Assembly (NCBI GenBank): GCA_963816185.1 | Contig: CAWFJJ010000029.1 | Span: forward strand, 192,001 to 256,000 | Length of the DNA stretch: 64,000 nucleotides | Direction of reading: 5' to 3' | Source of the DNA: Thermoanaerobaculia bacterium | Lineage (GTDB): Bacteria > Acidobacteriota > Thermoanaerobaculia > UBA5066 | Part shown: positions 1 through 9,786 of the stretch, one piece after another | Layout of the letters: each line of letters begins with the position of its first letter | Position numbering within the stretch: position 1 is the first letter of the stretch | The notes under the pieces: generated by a model | Databases searched by the model: none | What the model was told of the DNA's origin: nothing | The model's input: the letters and a program-made list of their open reading frames with translations, nothing else | Position numbers and translations under genes: made by a program

Positions 1-467
1 TTCGCTAGCGCCTCCAGGCGCCGGGTGAGCGTGTCCTCCTCCTTCACGAAGTCGCCGAACGTGGTCGAATCGCCCAGGACGAGCACGCGAAACTCTCCGG
101 GCGCCTTGGGTCCGAGCTCGTCGTAGCGCACGCCGATCGAGTTGATCTTGAGGATGACGTCGGTGTGACTCAGAGAGTGATCGTGGATCTCGGCCCGCGT
201 GTTCGGCCGGAGCCTGAGCCCCCGCGGTCCGCCCCAGACGAGAACGCTGTCGATATGGCCGCTCTCCTCGGTTTTCTTCGGCTCGTAAACGTCGGCCGTC
301 GTCGCGATGTTCTCGATCCGGACCGTCTGGGGGCGTGGAAGGAGGATGCGTGTCCCGACCTCGCAAAGGGCGAGAGCGAGAAGACACGAGGAAAGAAAGA
401 GCGCGAAGTTCCCGAGACATCCCGACTTGATCCGCGGCGGGGATCCGTCGTGGGAATCCGCAGACAT
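1..467 (-). CDS. SGNH/GDSL hydrolase family membrane-anchored protein (runs off the window edge)
   Basis: Own translation of the minus strand: MSADSHDG...FALFLSSCLLALALCEVGTRILL...INSIGVRYDE...FRVLVLGDSTTFG. It has an N-terminal TM segment and a GDS block I. TAGGAT lies 7 nt before ATG 467; an alternative ATG is at 476. Confidence 0.8.
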   Translation of the reverse strand, partial: MSADSHDGSPPRIKSGCLGNFALFLSSCLLALALCEVGTRILLPRPQTVRIENIATTADVYEPKKTEESGHIDSVLVWGGPRGLRLRPNTRAEIHDHSLSHTDVILKINSIGVRYDELGPKAPGEFRVLVLGDSTTFGDFVKEEDTLTRRLEALA

Positions 468-526
468 TTGCGTCATCCTAGCAAGCGGAGCACGCGGAGC
501 GAGGTGCTACCATCGAAGCGTCTGAG

Positions 527-2560
527 ATGGGAGAAAGGGGACCGGTGCGCCTCGCGCTGCAAGCGCTCGCGGCGGCAGCGGTCGCGATCCTTCTCTTCCT
601 GCTCGTCTCCGGGGTTGCGGCTTCCGACCGCGCCGGAGCCGCCACGCTCGGAACGCTTTCCGGTCTCTTGCGCTTTCTGACCGGTGCCGGCGTCCTCGTT
701 CAGAATACTTTTTCACGACACCTCGTGATTCTTCGCGGGGCGCTCCTGGCGGCGGCGGCCGTCGGCGCGTTCTCCCTCGCCCGGGATCGGCGCGAGAGGC
801 TGAAGAGCGAACTGCCGATCCTTCTCGGGATCTTCGTGCTCGCCCTCTCGGCGACGTTCCTGCCCTCCTCCCCGGGGAGTGCTTTCGTGCTCGGTTTCGT
901 CGGCGGAGCGGGTCTCCTGCTCGTCCCCGCGCGCTTACGTGATGGGCCGCCCTGGAACGCGGTCTGGCTCGCGGTGCCCCTCGCGCTCGGGGTCCTCCTG
1001 CGCTTCTACGGGCTCGAGGCGACGCCTCAGGCGTACTCCGAGCACGCGGTCGTCCACCACGTCTCCCTCTCGCTGCCGCACAAAGACGCGCTCTTTTCGT
1101 TGCTCCAGGGCGGGAAGCTCCGCGAGGCGGCCGGGACGGCCTGGGAGTGGATCGTGACGGAGCATTTCGGTCTGATCTCGCTCCTGGCGGCGATCGGCTT
1201 CAAGGCCGTCGGGGTTAGTCTCACGATCTCGCGCAGCTTCTCCGCCGCCACGGGCGCGCTCGCGGTCCTCTGTGCCTACTTCTGCGGCAAGAACCTCTTC
1301 GACCGCCGCGTCGGCCTCGTCTTCTCGTTTCTCCTCGCCATCTGCCCGTGGCATATCGCCGGCTCGCGCTACGGAGATCTCGAGCACGTCCTTTCGACTC
1401 TCCAGCTCCTGCTCGCGATCACGCTCTACGCGGCGGCGATCCGGCGCGGGCGGACGCTCGACTGGATCCTCGCGGGAGGGGTCCTGGGACTCTCCTGGTT
1501 CGTCTACGCCTCGAACCAGATCCTGCCGGTGATCGTAGGACTCCACCTCCTTCTCATGCTCATGTTCCGCCGAGGGTTCTTCCGGAGGGTGTGGTGGAGG
1601 GTCCTGCTCTTCTCGGCGGTCTTCACCGCGCTCAGCTTCTCGACGCTCGCGACGATTGCACACGACGGGATCCTGAAACCGAACCTTCACACCGGATACC
1701 AGGCCGGCCCGGCGATCCCGTTCGAACGATTCGAGCGGAACGCGCAGATGACCCGCGAGACGCTCCGCGAGCTCTTCGTCAAGGTGGACGACGCATGGTT
1801 CATCAAGCCCGGCGGAGGTCTCAGCCTGACCGAGGAGACCCTTCTCGTCCCGGGCATCCTCCTCTGCCTCGCCGGGCTCTTCGTCCAAGAGCTCCGATGG
1901 TCGTCGGCGCTCATCCTCGTCGGCCTGCCGCTCTCGCTCCTTCCCGGGATCCTCGGCCCCGACCCGGCCTTCCGCCGCGTCTTCCCTGCGGCGATCCTCA
2001 CGCTCCTCGTCGCGGCGTTCGCCCTCGTCCGCGCCGGCGACGGCCTGCGTGCGCTCGGCGTTGCGCCAGCCGTGGCGAATGCCGCGGGCGCCACCCTCGC
2101 GGTCGTCCTCGTCCTCCTGAACGCGCACATCTACTTCGACGTCGTGCACGTCGACACCGAAGACTCCTGTCGCTATTACACGACGATGGCGCGCGAGATG
2201 CGGAAGATCCTCGGGGCGGAGTTCGTATACGTCTACGTCCCCTCGACCGTCTCTCCCGACGATCATCACGGGTACATCCGACTCGAGGCCTACGAGAAGC
2301 TCGAGTCGCTCACGGCAAGAGGGAAGAGCCAGGAGGATCTTTACGAGGTCGTCGCGGGACGTAAGCTTCTCGACGTGCTCAGGAGTCCGCGGCGCATCTC
2401 CGGCAGGTGCCGGATCCTGGCGGAGGCGGGTCTCGTCCAGAACCAGGACGACGGATTCGATTTGCGCGTGGCGATCCGCAACGCGTTTCCAGGGGCTCGT
2501 GAAGAGGACCTCTTGGATGGCCGCCATCAGCCCGTGGTGAAGGCGTGGCTGCTCCCGTAG
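527..2560 (+). CDS. Glycosyltransferase family 39 (ArnT/PMT-like) integral membrane protein
   Basis: 677 aa polytopic protein with LLRFYGL, SRSFSA..G and LLAICPWHIAGSRYG motifs typical of the PMT_2/ArnT family. Confidence 0.75.
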   Translation: MGERGPVRLALQALAAAAVAILLFLLVSGVAASDRAGAATLGTLSGLLRFLTGAGVLVQNTFSRHLVILRGALLAAAAVGAFSLARDRRERLKSELPILLGIFVLALSATFLPSSPGSAFVLGFVGGAGLLLVPARLRDGPPWNAVWLAVPLALGVLLRFYGLEATPQAYSEHAVVHHVSLSLPHKDALFSLLQGGKLREAAGTAWEWIVTEHFGLISLLAAIGFKAVGVSLTISRSFSAATGALAVLCAYFCGKNLFDRRVGLVFSFLLAICPWHIAGSRYGDLEHVLSTLQLLLAITLYAAAIRRGRTLDWILAGGVLGLSWFVYASNQILPVIVGLHLLLMLMFRRGFFRRVWWRVLLFSAVFTALSFSTLATIAHDGILKPNLHTGYQAGPAIPFERFERNAQMTRETLRELFVKVDDAWFIKPGGGLSLTEETLLVPGILLCLAGLFVQELRWSSALILVGLPLSLLPGILGPDPAFRRVFPAAILTLLVAAFALVRAGDGLRALGVAPAVANAAGATLAVVLVLLNAHIYFDVVHVDTEDSCRYYTTMAREMRKILGAEFVYVYVPSTVSPDDHHGYIRLEAYEKLESLTARGKSQEDLYEVVAGRKLLDVLRSPRRISGRCRILAEAGLVQNQDDGFDLRVAIRNAFPGAREEDLLDGRHQPVVKAWLLP

Positions 2561-5448
2561 CCGTTCCCGCCGGGCGGACGCGCGCCCTCATCCTCGTCCT
2601 GACGGGAGCGGCGGCGCTCGCGCTGGCCGCCATCGGGGAGGCGAGAATTGAAAAAGGGAGCCGGCCCGGGATCGGCCTCGCTCTCTACGCTTCTGGAATT
2701 GCGCTTTTCGCGTTCGGGGCGTTCGAGTCCGGCGCGCGTTCGGCCGGGGGGGAGCCGCCCGCAAGCGCGACGCGCGGGCGCCTCACGGAGGTTCTTTTCG
2801 CCGTGCTCGCTCTCGCGGCGATCGTTCCGGCCGCGTTGCTTCTCGGACGTCTTCAGGGAGAGACGGGGCCGCTTGAGGTCGCCCTCTGGCTCGCCAGCCT
2901 CGGGCTCGTCGCCGTCGCCGGCTTCGCCGGGCGCCATGTCACCGCCTTTCCCGCGCGTTGGAAGACGATCCTGCCGGAATCGCGCGCAGGACGCTCGGCG
3001 TTCGCAGTCGTAGCCGTGGCGGTGCTCGTCGTGGCCGCCGTCGCGCGCCTATGGGCGCTCGATCGGATTCCGGCCGGGATCAACGCTGACGAAGGCGACC
3101 GCGCCGCCGTCTCGATCTGGATGCTCCGAGGCGACTACCCCGGGGGCGCGTTCGGGAGCGGGTGGTATCACATCAGCAACGTCTACTTCTGGATCCTCGC
3201 CCGCACGATGGACGTGTTCGGGATCGGCGTCGCCGGCGCCCGGACGCTCGGTGCGCTCTGCGGGTTCCTGACCGTCGGTCTCGTCCTCCTCCTGGCGCTG
3301 CGCCACTTCGGCTGGCGAGTCGCTCTCCTTTCGGGAAGCATCGCCGCGCTGAGCGGTGTCGCTCTCCAATTCTCCAGGGAGACGACCGAGGCCACGCCGA
3401 CCGCGACACTCTGGACTCTCTCGGCGCTCTTCTTCCTGGAGGCGGCCCGCTCCGGTCGCGCCTGGGCATGGATCGGCGCCGGCCTTGCGGGCGGCCTCTC
3501 GTTCTACTTCTACCCTCCGGGCCGTCTCTGGCCGGTGCTCGCGGCGCTCTTCTGCGTCGCCCTCTTCCTGCAGGGACCGCGCGCGATCCGCGGAAGGCTC
3601 GCAGCCGGGATCGCGGCGGCTGCCCTCGCGGCCGTTCTCGCGATCGCTCCGTTCTTCGTGAACGCCATCCGTCGCGGGACGTTCACGATACGAGCCCGCG
3701 AAACTTCAGTGTTCGTTTCCGGGAACCGCGATCGGCTGGGGTACTGGAGGAAGGAGTGGAGCCTGCCGCGACTCCTGGTCGCGCAGCTCGACCAATCCTT
3801 CGCCATCTTCGACCGACTTCCGGACAACAACTACTTCTGGCCGAGCGGTCGGCCGATTCTTCCGGGCGGGCTCTCCGTTCTGACGCTCCTCGGGCTCGGC
3901 GCCGTGGCGCTCAAGGTGCGTGACCCGCGGATGGCTCTCCTCACGGCCTGGTTCGGCGTCGGCTTCGTCGGAATGGTGGTCACGGTCGAGACCCCGGCGC
4001 TTCAGCGGATGGCGGGCGCCGTCCCGGTCCTCGCGCTCTTTCCCGCGCTCGTCCTCGACGACATGGTGCGGCGGATCTCCTCCATTCACCCCTCCTCCAT
4101 TCACCCGCATGAAGGCGTCGCAATGCGACGCGCCCTCACGGCGACAGCGACGGCCGCGAGCTTCGCCGTGGTCGCCTTCTTCATGAGGAAGGAAGTCGTC
4201 TTCTACTTTCAGGATTACGGCCCACGCACCGAACCCTGGTCGTTTCCGAACCGTGAGGCGCGAACGGTGGCCGAGCAGGGAACGGACAGTTGGGTCTTCA
4301 CGCTCGGCCCTCACTTCCACAAGGTGACGTCGGGGTGGGTGCGTTTCCTCGCCCGGAACACGCCGCGAGGCGGTCTGCGCTTTCCCGGGAGCGATCTTCC
4401 GATTGCCATCCCCGCGAACAGGAATCTGGTCTTCATGGTCTACCCCAATCAGAGCGACTACCTTCCCTGGCTTCAGGAGATTTACCCAGGCGGGACGTTG
4501 CTGCCGGTCAAGCCTGACGGGAATGTCTGGTTCACGATCTACCGCCTTCCGAAGGATCGGTGGAAGGCGACTCAGGGAGCGCTCGCGATCTTCCCGGACG
4601 GTCGTGAGGCCCGCGTCTCCCGTCTCGGCGAGACGCCCGCAACGAGCGCAACCCGTCCGTCGCGTTGGGCAGCGGCCTTGCGCGTGAGCCGAACCGGAAA
4701 TTACGCGTTCCGTCTCGGTTCCGGCCCCGCCTCGCTCGAGATCGACGGGGTGCGCGTCGCTCACGTCCTCTCGGGGGAGACGGAGGCGGTCGCGGCCGCG
4801 ACGCTCCTCAGGGGCGACCACGCCGTCCTGTTCGAGGTCGGACCCTCCGGAAAGCCCGATCTCGGATGGGCCAGGCTGGCCTCAACGCTCGAGAGCACGC
4901 CGCCGTTCGCCTGGTCGCCTCCCCCCACCCCTCTCCTTCGCCCGGTCGCGACGCCGCCCGGAGGTCTCCTCGGAATCGTGACGATCCCGGGCCGTCCCGA
5001 TCGACGGCGTCTCGACGGCACGATCGCGACGGCGAGCCTCTCGGAACAGATCGGGCGTTCTGACTCCTTCGATGTCGTCTGGAGTGGAACGCTCGACGTC
5101 CGGGTCCCGGGCCTCCATCGGTTCGCGTTCCGGACCGCCGGAGCGGACGTCGATCTGACCCTCGACGGCGCGCGCGTCTGGAGGGAGGGAGAGCAGCCGG
5201 AAACGCTCGTCTGGCGCGAGGCGAGGCTCGGAGCCGGCCCGCATGACGTGCGCATCGCCGTTCACGTGGCGCATCCGCCAGGTCAGGTCGAATGGATCTG
5301 GGCTCCCCCCGGAGGGGCGCCATCGATCGTCCCGGCGTCCGTCCTCGCGCCTCCTCCCGGATCCGGAGTCGGGCCCGAGACGCCGAAAGACGTGGTCGAG
5401 AGGGACAAGAGTCAGCCGATGGATCATCCGTTCGAGCCGGAGCGGTAG
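2545..5448 (+). CDS. GT39/ArnT-like glycosyltransferase with C-terminal PA14-like domains
   Basis: ARLWALDRIPAGINADE motif, many TM segments, C-terminal 'SFDVVWSGTLDVRVPGLHRFAF' PA14-like region. Confidence 0.75.
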   Translation: MAAPVAVPAGRTRALILVLTGAAALALAAIGEARIEKGSRPGIGLALYASGIALFAFGAFESGARSAGGEPPASATRGRLTEVLFAVLALAAIVPAALLLGRLQGETGPLEVALWLASLGLVAVAGFAGRHVTAFPARWKTILPESRAGRSAFAVVAVAVLVVAAVARLWALDRIPAGINADEGDRAAVSIWMLRGDYPGGAFGSGWYHISNVYFWILARTMDVFGIGVAGARTLGALCGFLTVGLVLLLALRHFGWRVALLSGSIAALSGVALQFSRETTEATPTATLWTLSALFFLEAARSGRAWAWIGAGLAGGLSFYFYPPGRLWPVLAALFCVALFLQGPRAIRGRLAAGIAAAALAAVLAIAPFFVNAIRRGTFTIRARETSVFVSGNRDRLGYWRKEWSLPRLLVAQLDQSFAIFDRLPDNNYFWPSGRPILPGGLSVLTLLGLGAVALKVRDPRMALLTAWFGVGFVGMVVTVETPALQRMAGAVPVLALFPALVLDDMVRRISSIHPSSIHPHEGVAMRRALTATATAASFAVVAFFMRKEVVFYFQDYGPRTEPWSFPNREARTVAEQGTDSWVFTLGPHFHKVTSGWVRFLARNTPRGGLRFPGSDLPIAIPANRNLVFMVYPNQSDYLPWLQEIYPGGTLLPVKPDGNVWFTIYRLPKDRWKATQGALAIFPDGREARVSRLGETPATSATRPSRWAAALRVSRTGNYAFRLGSGPASLEIDGVRVAHVLSGETEAVAAATLLRGDHAVLFEVGPSGKPDLGWARLASTLESTPPFAWSPPPTPLLRPVATPPGGLLGIVTIPGRPDRRRLDGTIATASLSEQIGRSDSFDVVWSGTLDVRVPGLHRFAFRTAGADVDLTLDGARVWREGEQPETLVWREARLGAGPHDVRIAVHVAHPPGQVEWIWAPPGGAPSIVPASVLAPPPGSGVGPETPKDVVERDKSQPMDHPFEPER

Positions 5449-5473
5449 GGGAGGACCGAGAAGGTCCGGCGCC

Positions 5474-7381
5474 CTACTTCTCCGTAAACGTCTTGAGGTC
5501 GAGGCGCTGTACGAGGTGGCGGCGGAACTCGTCGGGCGGGAGGGACGCGACCTGGCGGCCCACGTGATGCTCGATCGCGTTGAGAACCCTCTCCCACAGG
5601 AATTCGCGGCGGGCGATCTCGTCGAGGTCGCGCACCTTGCCGAATTCCTGGACGTACTTGTTGTGGCGGCAGAGCATGCGGAAGGCGTGTCGCGTGTTCG
5701 GCCGGCGGATGGGCAGGCCGAGGATGCGCACGTCGTTGCCGACGTCGTGAATCGGCTGTCCCCACTCGTTGTATCCGCCGAAGATCGTGCCGAGCTTCTC
5801 GAGCGCGTTCGCGAGCTTCGGCTCGCCGCCTTTCTCGAGCGCCGTCTTCACGATCGGCAGCGTGATGTTGCGGAAGAGCGTGGGATCGGCGAGCCGCACG
5901 TTGATGCCGATCTCCTCACGCGCGATGCGGGCAATGTCGTCGGACCGGATGCGGTTGTCCGTTGCGAGGTGAATCCGCTCGCCGATCGACTCCGGAACCG
6001 TCAGACAGGCGAGGATGCCCTGGACGACCCGATCCACGGGCACGAGGTTCAGCTCGGCCGAGGCGTCCCCGGGAAAGCTCGAGGCGATCGCGCCGATGAG
6101 CCAGGCCTTGCCGCGGCCGACCGTATCCGCCTGCAGGGAGTCTATCGCCTCCTTGGAGCGTCCGAACGCGTTGATGGGCGCGTTCACGACCTTCGTGTCG
6201 CCGCGGTTGTTGCCGGTCCTGCTGTGGCCGATGACGATCGCGGGAAGGAGCTGCGACACGCGCAGCCCTCTCTCGACGAGCGTGTAATCGGTCTCGAGCG
6301 AGGCCATCGCCTTCGTGAGCTCGTAGAAATTGTTGTAGAAGTTCCGGGGGAAGACGAGGGCGGACTCCTGAGCGGTCGTCTTCTTCTTCCGCCCGTGGAT
6401 GTAGGACGTCTCGATCGCGACGTGCTGGATGAACTTCGAGCCCTTGGACTCCTGGAGGGAGAGCGCGAACTGCAGAGCGTTGCGCGCGCCCTGCACGTTC
6501 GCGCGGAAGGAGCTCTCGTAGGAATCGTCGAAGGAGACGCTCGCGGCGCAGTGCACGACGTGCGTGAGCGTCTTTCGGAGCCGGCCCAGCTCCTTCGGCG
6601 CGATGCCGAGATCGGCCTTCTCGATGTCTCCGTCCACGAAGACGAACTTTTTCGCCTTCGTGCCGGAGATGTGAAGACGACGGAGAAGGACGGCACCGCG
6701 TTGCGAAGGCGAGAGGACTTTCACGACCTCCTTCGTCTTCGGGTCGCGGACCTTCTCGGGCCGCACGACCGAGACGACGCGCTCGATGCGGCGGTCGCCC
6801 GCGGCTTGCGCGAGGAGCTCCTTGCCGAGGAAGCCCGTCGCGCCCGTCAAGAGGACGTGCAGGCGCGGGCTTCGGCCGCGCGCGCGGAGGAGGGCGCGGG
6901 CGTCTTTCTGGAGCTTCTCGATGCGGGCCTTGACCTCCTTCTCGGAGAGATGCGAGGCCTCGCGGAACTTGAAGAAGACGTCCCGGTCCGCCACGCCGAT
7001 GAGGCTCTTCGCGCCTCTTTCGACGGCCTTGCTCCCCGTGGCCGAGCCGATGGCCTGGGCGAGCCTGATCCCGAGGAGGTTCACTTTCCTCAGGCCGTCC
7101 TTGACGGCGTTCTCGTTGCCGGTCCACTGGATCAGGCGGCTCGCGAGGTATTGGGCCGTGACGTCGATCGGATTCTTGTCGCGGTGGGCATGGACGAGCA
7201 GGTCGTCCGGGTCGATCGGCCGGAGGATCTCCTTGCCGGTCGAAAAGCTGACGTTCGCGATATAGCGCGAAGGCGAGCTCTCCCACAGCATTTCGCCCTT
7301 CGGGTTCACGGTCGGCGAGATCTCGCGCGGAGGGGCTCCCGCGGACCCAGGGGCGGGCGAGGCGGCTTCTGTCTCCGGCAT
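5474..7381 (-). CDS. Extended SDR / fatty acyl-CoA reductase-like (NAD_binding_4) protein with N-terminal extension
   Basis: VLLTGATGFLGK, HCAASVSF and YELTK motifs; GGAG Shine-Dalgarno before ATG 7381. Confidence 0.8.
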   Translation of the reverse strand: MPETEAASPAPGSAGAPPREISPTVNPKGEMLWESSPSRYIANVSFSTGKEILRPIDPDDLLVHAHRDKNPIDVTAQYLASRLIQWTGNENAVKDGLRKVNLLGIRLAQAIGSATGSKAVERGAKSLIGVADRDVFFKFREASHLSEKEVKARIEKLQKDARALLRARGRSPRLHVLLTGATGFLGKELLAQAAGDRRIERVVSVVRPEKVRDPKTKEVVKVLSPSQRGAVLLRRLHISGTKAKKFVFVDGDIEKADLGIAPKELGRLRKTLTHVVHCAASVSFDDSYESSFRANVQGARNALQFALSLQESKGSKFIQHVAIETSYIHGRKKKTTAQESALVFPRNFYNNFYELTKAMASLETDYTLVERGLRVSQLLPAIVIGHSRTGNNRGDTKVVNAPINAFGRSKEAIDSLQADTVGRGKAWLIGAIASSFPGDASAELNLVPVDRVVQGILACLTVPESIGERIHLATDNRIRSDDIARIAREEIGINVRLADPTLFRNITLPIVKTALEKGGEPKLANALEKLGTIFGGYNEWGQPIHDVGNDVRILGLPIRRPNTRHAFRMLCRHNKYVQEFGKVRDLDEIARREFLWERVLNAIEHHVGRQVASLPPDEFRRHLVQRLDLKTFTEK

Positions 7382-7425
7382 CGGCTCCTCCGAAACGAGG
7401 AGGAGCATTGTAGTCCCCAGGCGCG

Positions 7426-8160
7426 TCAGCTCAGGGCGGCGACGAAGCCAGAAGCGGCGAGCGCGACGGCGAGAGCCGAGTCGTTTCCCGCCTCGAGATA
7501 CAGGGTTGCGGACGGATCGCCGACGAGGGCGAGAGAGCCAGAGCGGACCAACTTCGCCTCTTCGCCGTCCACCAGGGTGATCTTGCCGGAAAAAACGGCA
7601 ATCGCACGAACGCCCCGGAAGGCCCATCGCGCCGTGGGCGGCGGACCGAGACGCAGGACGGCGAGATGTTCCTCCGGAAGCTGCACGAGAGTCCTGAGGC
7701 CCGTGATGCCGGGGACTGCTTTTCCGCCGAGATCGTCTCTTCTGATGTTGTGGCTCGGCCTGGGTGGCGTTCTGGAAATTTCTTCGAGTGAAAGAGAAGG
7801 GGAAGGGGCGCCGGGAGGCGATTGGGCCTGGAGTGCTTCCGCCGTCCATATCAGAACATCGCCGGGAGCGACATCAGAGGTTGCGCCTCCTCCCGTGAGC
7901 ACGAGCAGCGCCCCTGACCGGCGTTGTCCTTCCCCCTCTTTCCCTTCTAGGAAGAACCCACCGTGTCCCCCGCCAACGCGCAACAGGAACTGAGAGGGCA
8001 GGTCCGCAAACCCGTAAACCGAAACCCCCGGAGCGTGCGCGGTGCGCGGCGGAGGCGGCACGGGGCCGCGGCGCTCCTCGTCGGAGGGAATGTCCTTCTC
8101 GCGGAGCGGACGTGTCGTCTCTTTCTTCGCGCGTCGTGCCTTCCCGAATGGCCAGTTCAC
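7426..8160 (-). CDS. Hypothetical protein (possible cupin-like beta fold)
   Basis: 244 aa ORF with host-like codon usage; TAGAGT 6 nt before GTG. Confidence 0.55.
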   Translation of the reverse strand: MNWPFGKARRAKKETTRPLREKDIPSDEERRGPVPPPPRTAHAPGVSVYGFADLPSQFLLRVGGGHGGFFLEGKEGEGQRRSGALLVLTGGGATSDVAPGDVLIWTAEALQAQSPPGAPSPSLSLEEISRTPPRPSHNIRRDDLGGKAVPGITGLRTLVQLPEEHLAVLRLGPPPTARWAFRGVRAIAVFSGKITLVDGEEAKLVRSGSLALVGDPSATLYLEAGNDSALAVALAASGFVAALS

Positions 8161-8199
8161 TCGGGAACTCTAGCGCGGCATCGTCGCGGCGGTCGAGAT

Positions 8200-8952
8200 T
8201 CAGCGGCCGAGGCGCTCGTGCAGGCGCTGTGCGCCCGTTCGGCTTACCGGAAGACGGGCGCCGTCGGTCAGCACGGCCGTCGGCGCGCCCGTCGCGGAAG
8301 GCTCCAAGCGCGCGAGCCGGTCGAGGTTCAGGAGGTACGACCGGTGGATCCTCACGAACATCTCCTTCGGGAGCGCCTCCTCGAGGCTCGCGAGCGTCTG
8401 GTTCTTGAGATGGTTTCGTCCCTCCGCGCGGAGGAGGACGTAGTCGTCCTCTGCTTTCACGTAGTCGATCCTCGAGACGGGGAGGACCGACACCTTGACG
8501 CCGTCTTTCACGACGACGCGGGAAAGAGGCGTTTCGCGGGGAACGAGAGGGTCTCTGGACGGTGTCTCGCCGGAGGCGAGGCGCGCGCGGGCGCGTGCAA
8601 GAGCCGTGTCGAAACGTGCGCGGTCGAAGGGCTTGAGGAGATAGTCGACGGCGTTCGCGTCGAACGCCTTCAGCGCGTACTGGTCGTATGCCGTGACGAA
8701 GATGACGGCCGGCCGGCCCACCTCGTCACGCTCGATGAGCTCGAGGACCTCAAGCCCGTCGAGCTGCGGCATCTGGACGTCGAGGAAGAGGAGATCGGGC
8801 TTCGTCTCGGCGACGGCCTTCACGGCTTCGAAACCGTTCGCGCACTCGGCGAGGATCGTGACGTCCTCGTGTGCGGCGAGAAACTGGCGCACGAGGGACC
8901 GCGCGAGCTCCTCGTCGTCCACGATCACGGCGCCGAGTCGGCGGGGAGCCAC
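8200..8952 (-). CDS. LytTR family response regulator
   Basis: VIVDDE, LFLDVQMP, FVTAYD, DYLLKP and FVRIHRSY motifs; TATCCT 7 nt before GTG 8952. Confidence 0.93.
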   Translation of the reverse strand: MAPRRLGAVIVDDEELARSLVRQFLAAHEDVTILAECANGFEAVKAVAETKPDLLFLDVQMPQLDGLEVLELIERDEVGRPAVIFVTAYDQYALKAFDANAVDYLLKPFDRARFDTALARARARLASGETPSRDPLVPRETPLSRVVVKDGVKVSVLPVSRIDYVKAEDDYVLLRAEGRNHLKNQTLASLEEALPKEMFVRIHRSYLLNLDRLARLEPSATGAPTAVLTDGARLPVSRTGAQRLHERLGR

Positions 8953-9015
8953 GGCACCGAGGATAGCGCCGGCGCCGTGCATCCCCCCACGCCTCAACAC
9001 ATCTTCCCGAAGACG

Positions 9016-9042
9016 TGTCGATTCGACCCTAGCTCGTTCGTC
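9016..9042 (+). promoter_or_regulatory. Putative ECF sigma promoter (TGTCGA-N17-CGTC) within an imperfect palindrome
   Basis: TGTCGA at 9016-9021 and CGTC at 9039-9042 upstream of the DHFR-like gene; resembles the ECF42-type consensus as recalled. Confidence 0.35.
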
Positions 9043-9106
9043 GACACTTCAGAAGACGGTGGTCACAGGGACGCAGGCGATGCCTGTGCCGAAAGGAGTT
9101 ACGCTC

Positions 9107-9772
9107 ATGTCAAAGGTCCGGGTAAACGCATTTGGAATCTCCATCGATGGTCATGGCGCCGGTCCCGACCAAGATCTAGCCAATCCGATGGGCGTCGGAG
9201 GGATGGCGCTGCACCAGTGGGTCTTCGGCACGAAGACGTTCCAGAAGATGGCGGCCGACTTCGCTGGATCGCTGATCGGTGACGAGGTCGCACGAGAAGG
9301 AGTCGACGACGACTTCGCCGCGCGCGGCTTTGAGAACATCGGCGCCTGGATCATGGGCCGCAACATGTTTGGGCCGGTGCGGGGCCCCTGGTCCGACGAC
9401 AGTTGGAAGGGATGGTGGGGCAAGAACCCGCCCTACCACGTCCCCGTCTTCGTGCTTACGCACCATGCTCGCGCGCCCATCACGATGGAGGGCGGAACGA
9501 CCTTTTCCTTCGTGACCGATGGCATCCATGCCGCGCTAGAGCGCGCGAAGGAGGCGGCCCAGGGCAAGGATGTCCGACTCGGCGGTGGCGTTGCCACCAT
9601 TCGCCAGTACCTCACCACCGGGCTGATCGACGAGATCCACCTCGTGATCTCCCCGGTGCTTCTGGGCAGGGGCGAGCACCTCCTCGCCGGCATCGATGCG
9701 GTGAGCCTCGGCTACACGTGCACGGAGCACGCCTCCACGGACCACGCCACCCATGTCGTCCTGACGAAGTAG
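9107..9772 (+). CDS. Dihydrofolate reductase / RibD C-terminal family protein
   Basis: ISIDG, IMGRNMF, VFVLTH and GGG..IRQYL..GLIDE motifs; AAGGAG Shine-Dalgarno. Confidence 0.9.
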   Translation: MSKVRVNAFGISIDGHGAGPDQDLANPMGVGGMALHQWVFGTKTFQKMAADFAGSLIGDEVAREGVDDDFAARGFENIGAWIMGRNMFGPVRGPWSDDSWKGWWGKNPPYHVPVFVLTHHARAPITMEGGTTFSFVTDGIHAALERAKEAAQGKDVRLGGGVATIRQYLTTGLIDEIHLVISPVLLGRGEHLLAGIDAVSLGYTCTEHASTDHATHVVLTK

Positions 9773-9786
9773 CCTTACACGAGGTC

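Noticed and set aside
4078-4106. Short tandem repeat TCCTCCATTCACCC x2 (SSIHPSSIHP) inside the GT39 gene
   Set aside because: In-frame 15-nt duplication in a loop region with no sign of phase variation
5243-7993. Long antisense ORFs (916 aa here; also 14041-16122, 28040-29842, 39995-41818 and others)
   Set aside because: Shadow ORFs opposite genuine genes, expected in high-GC DNA, with no recognisable motifs
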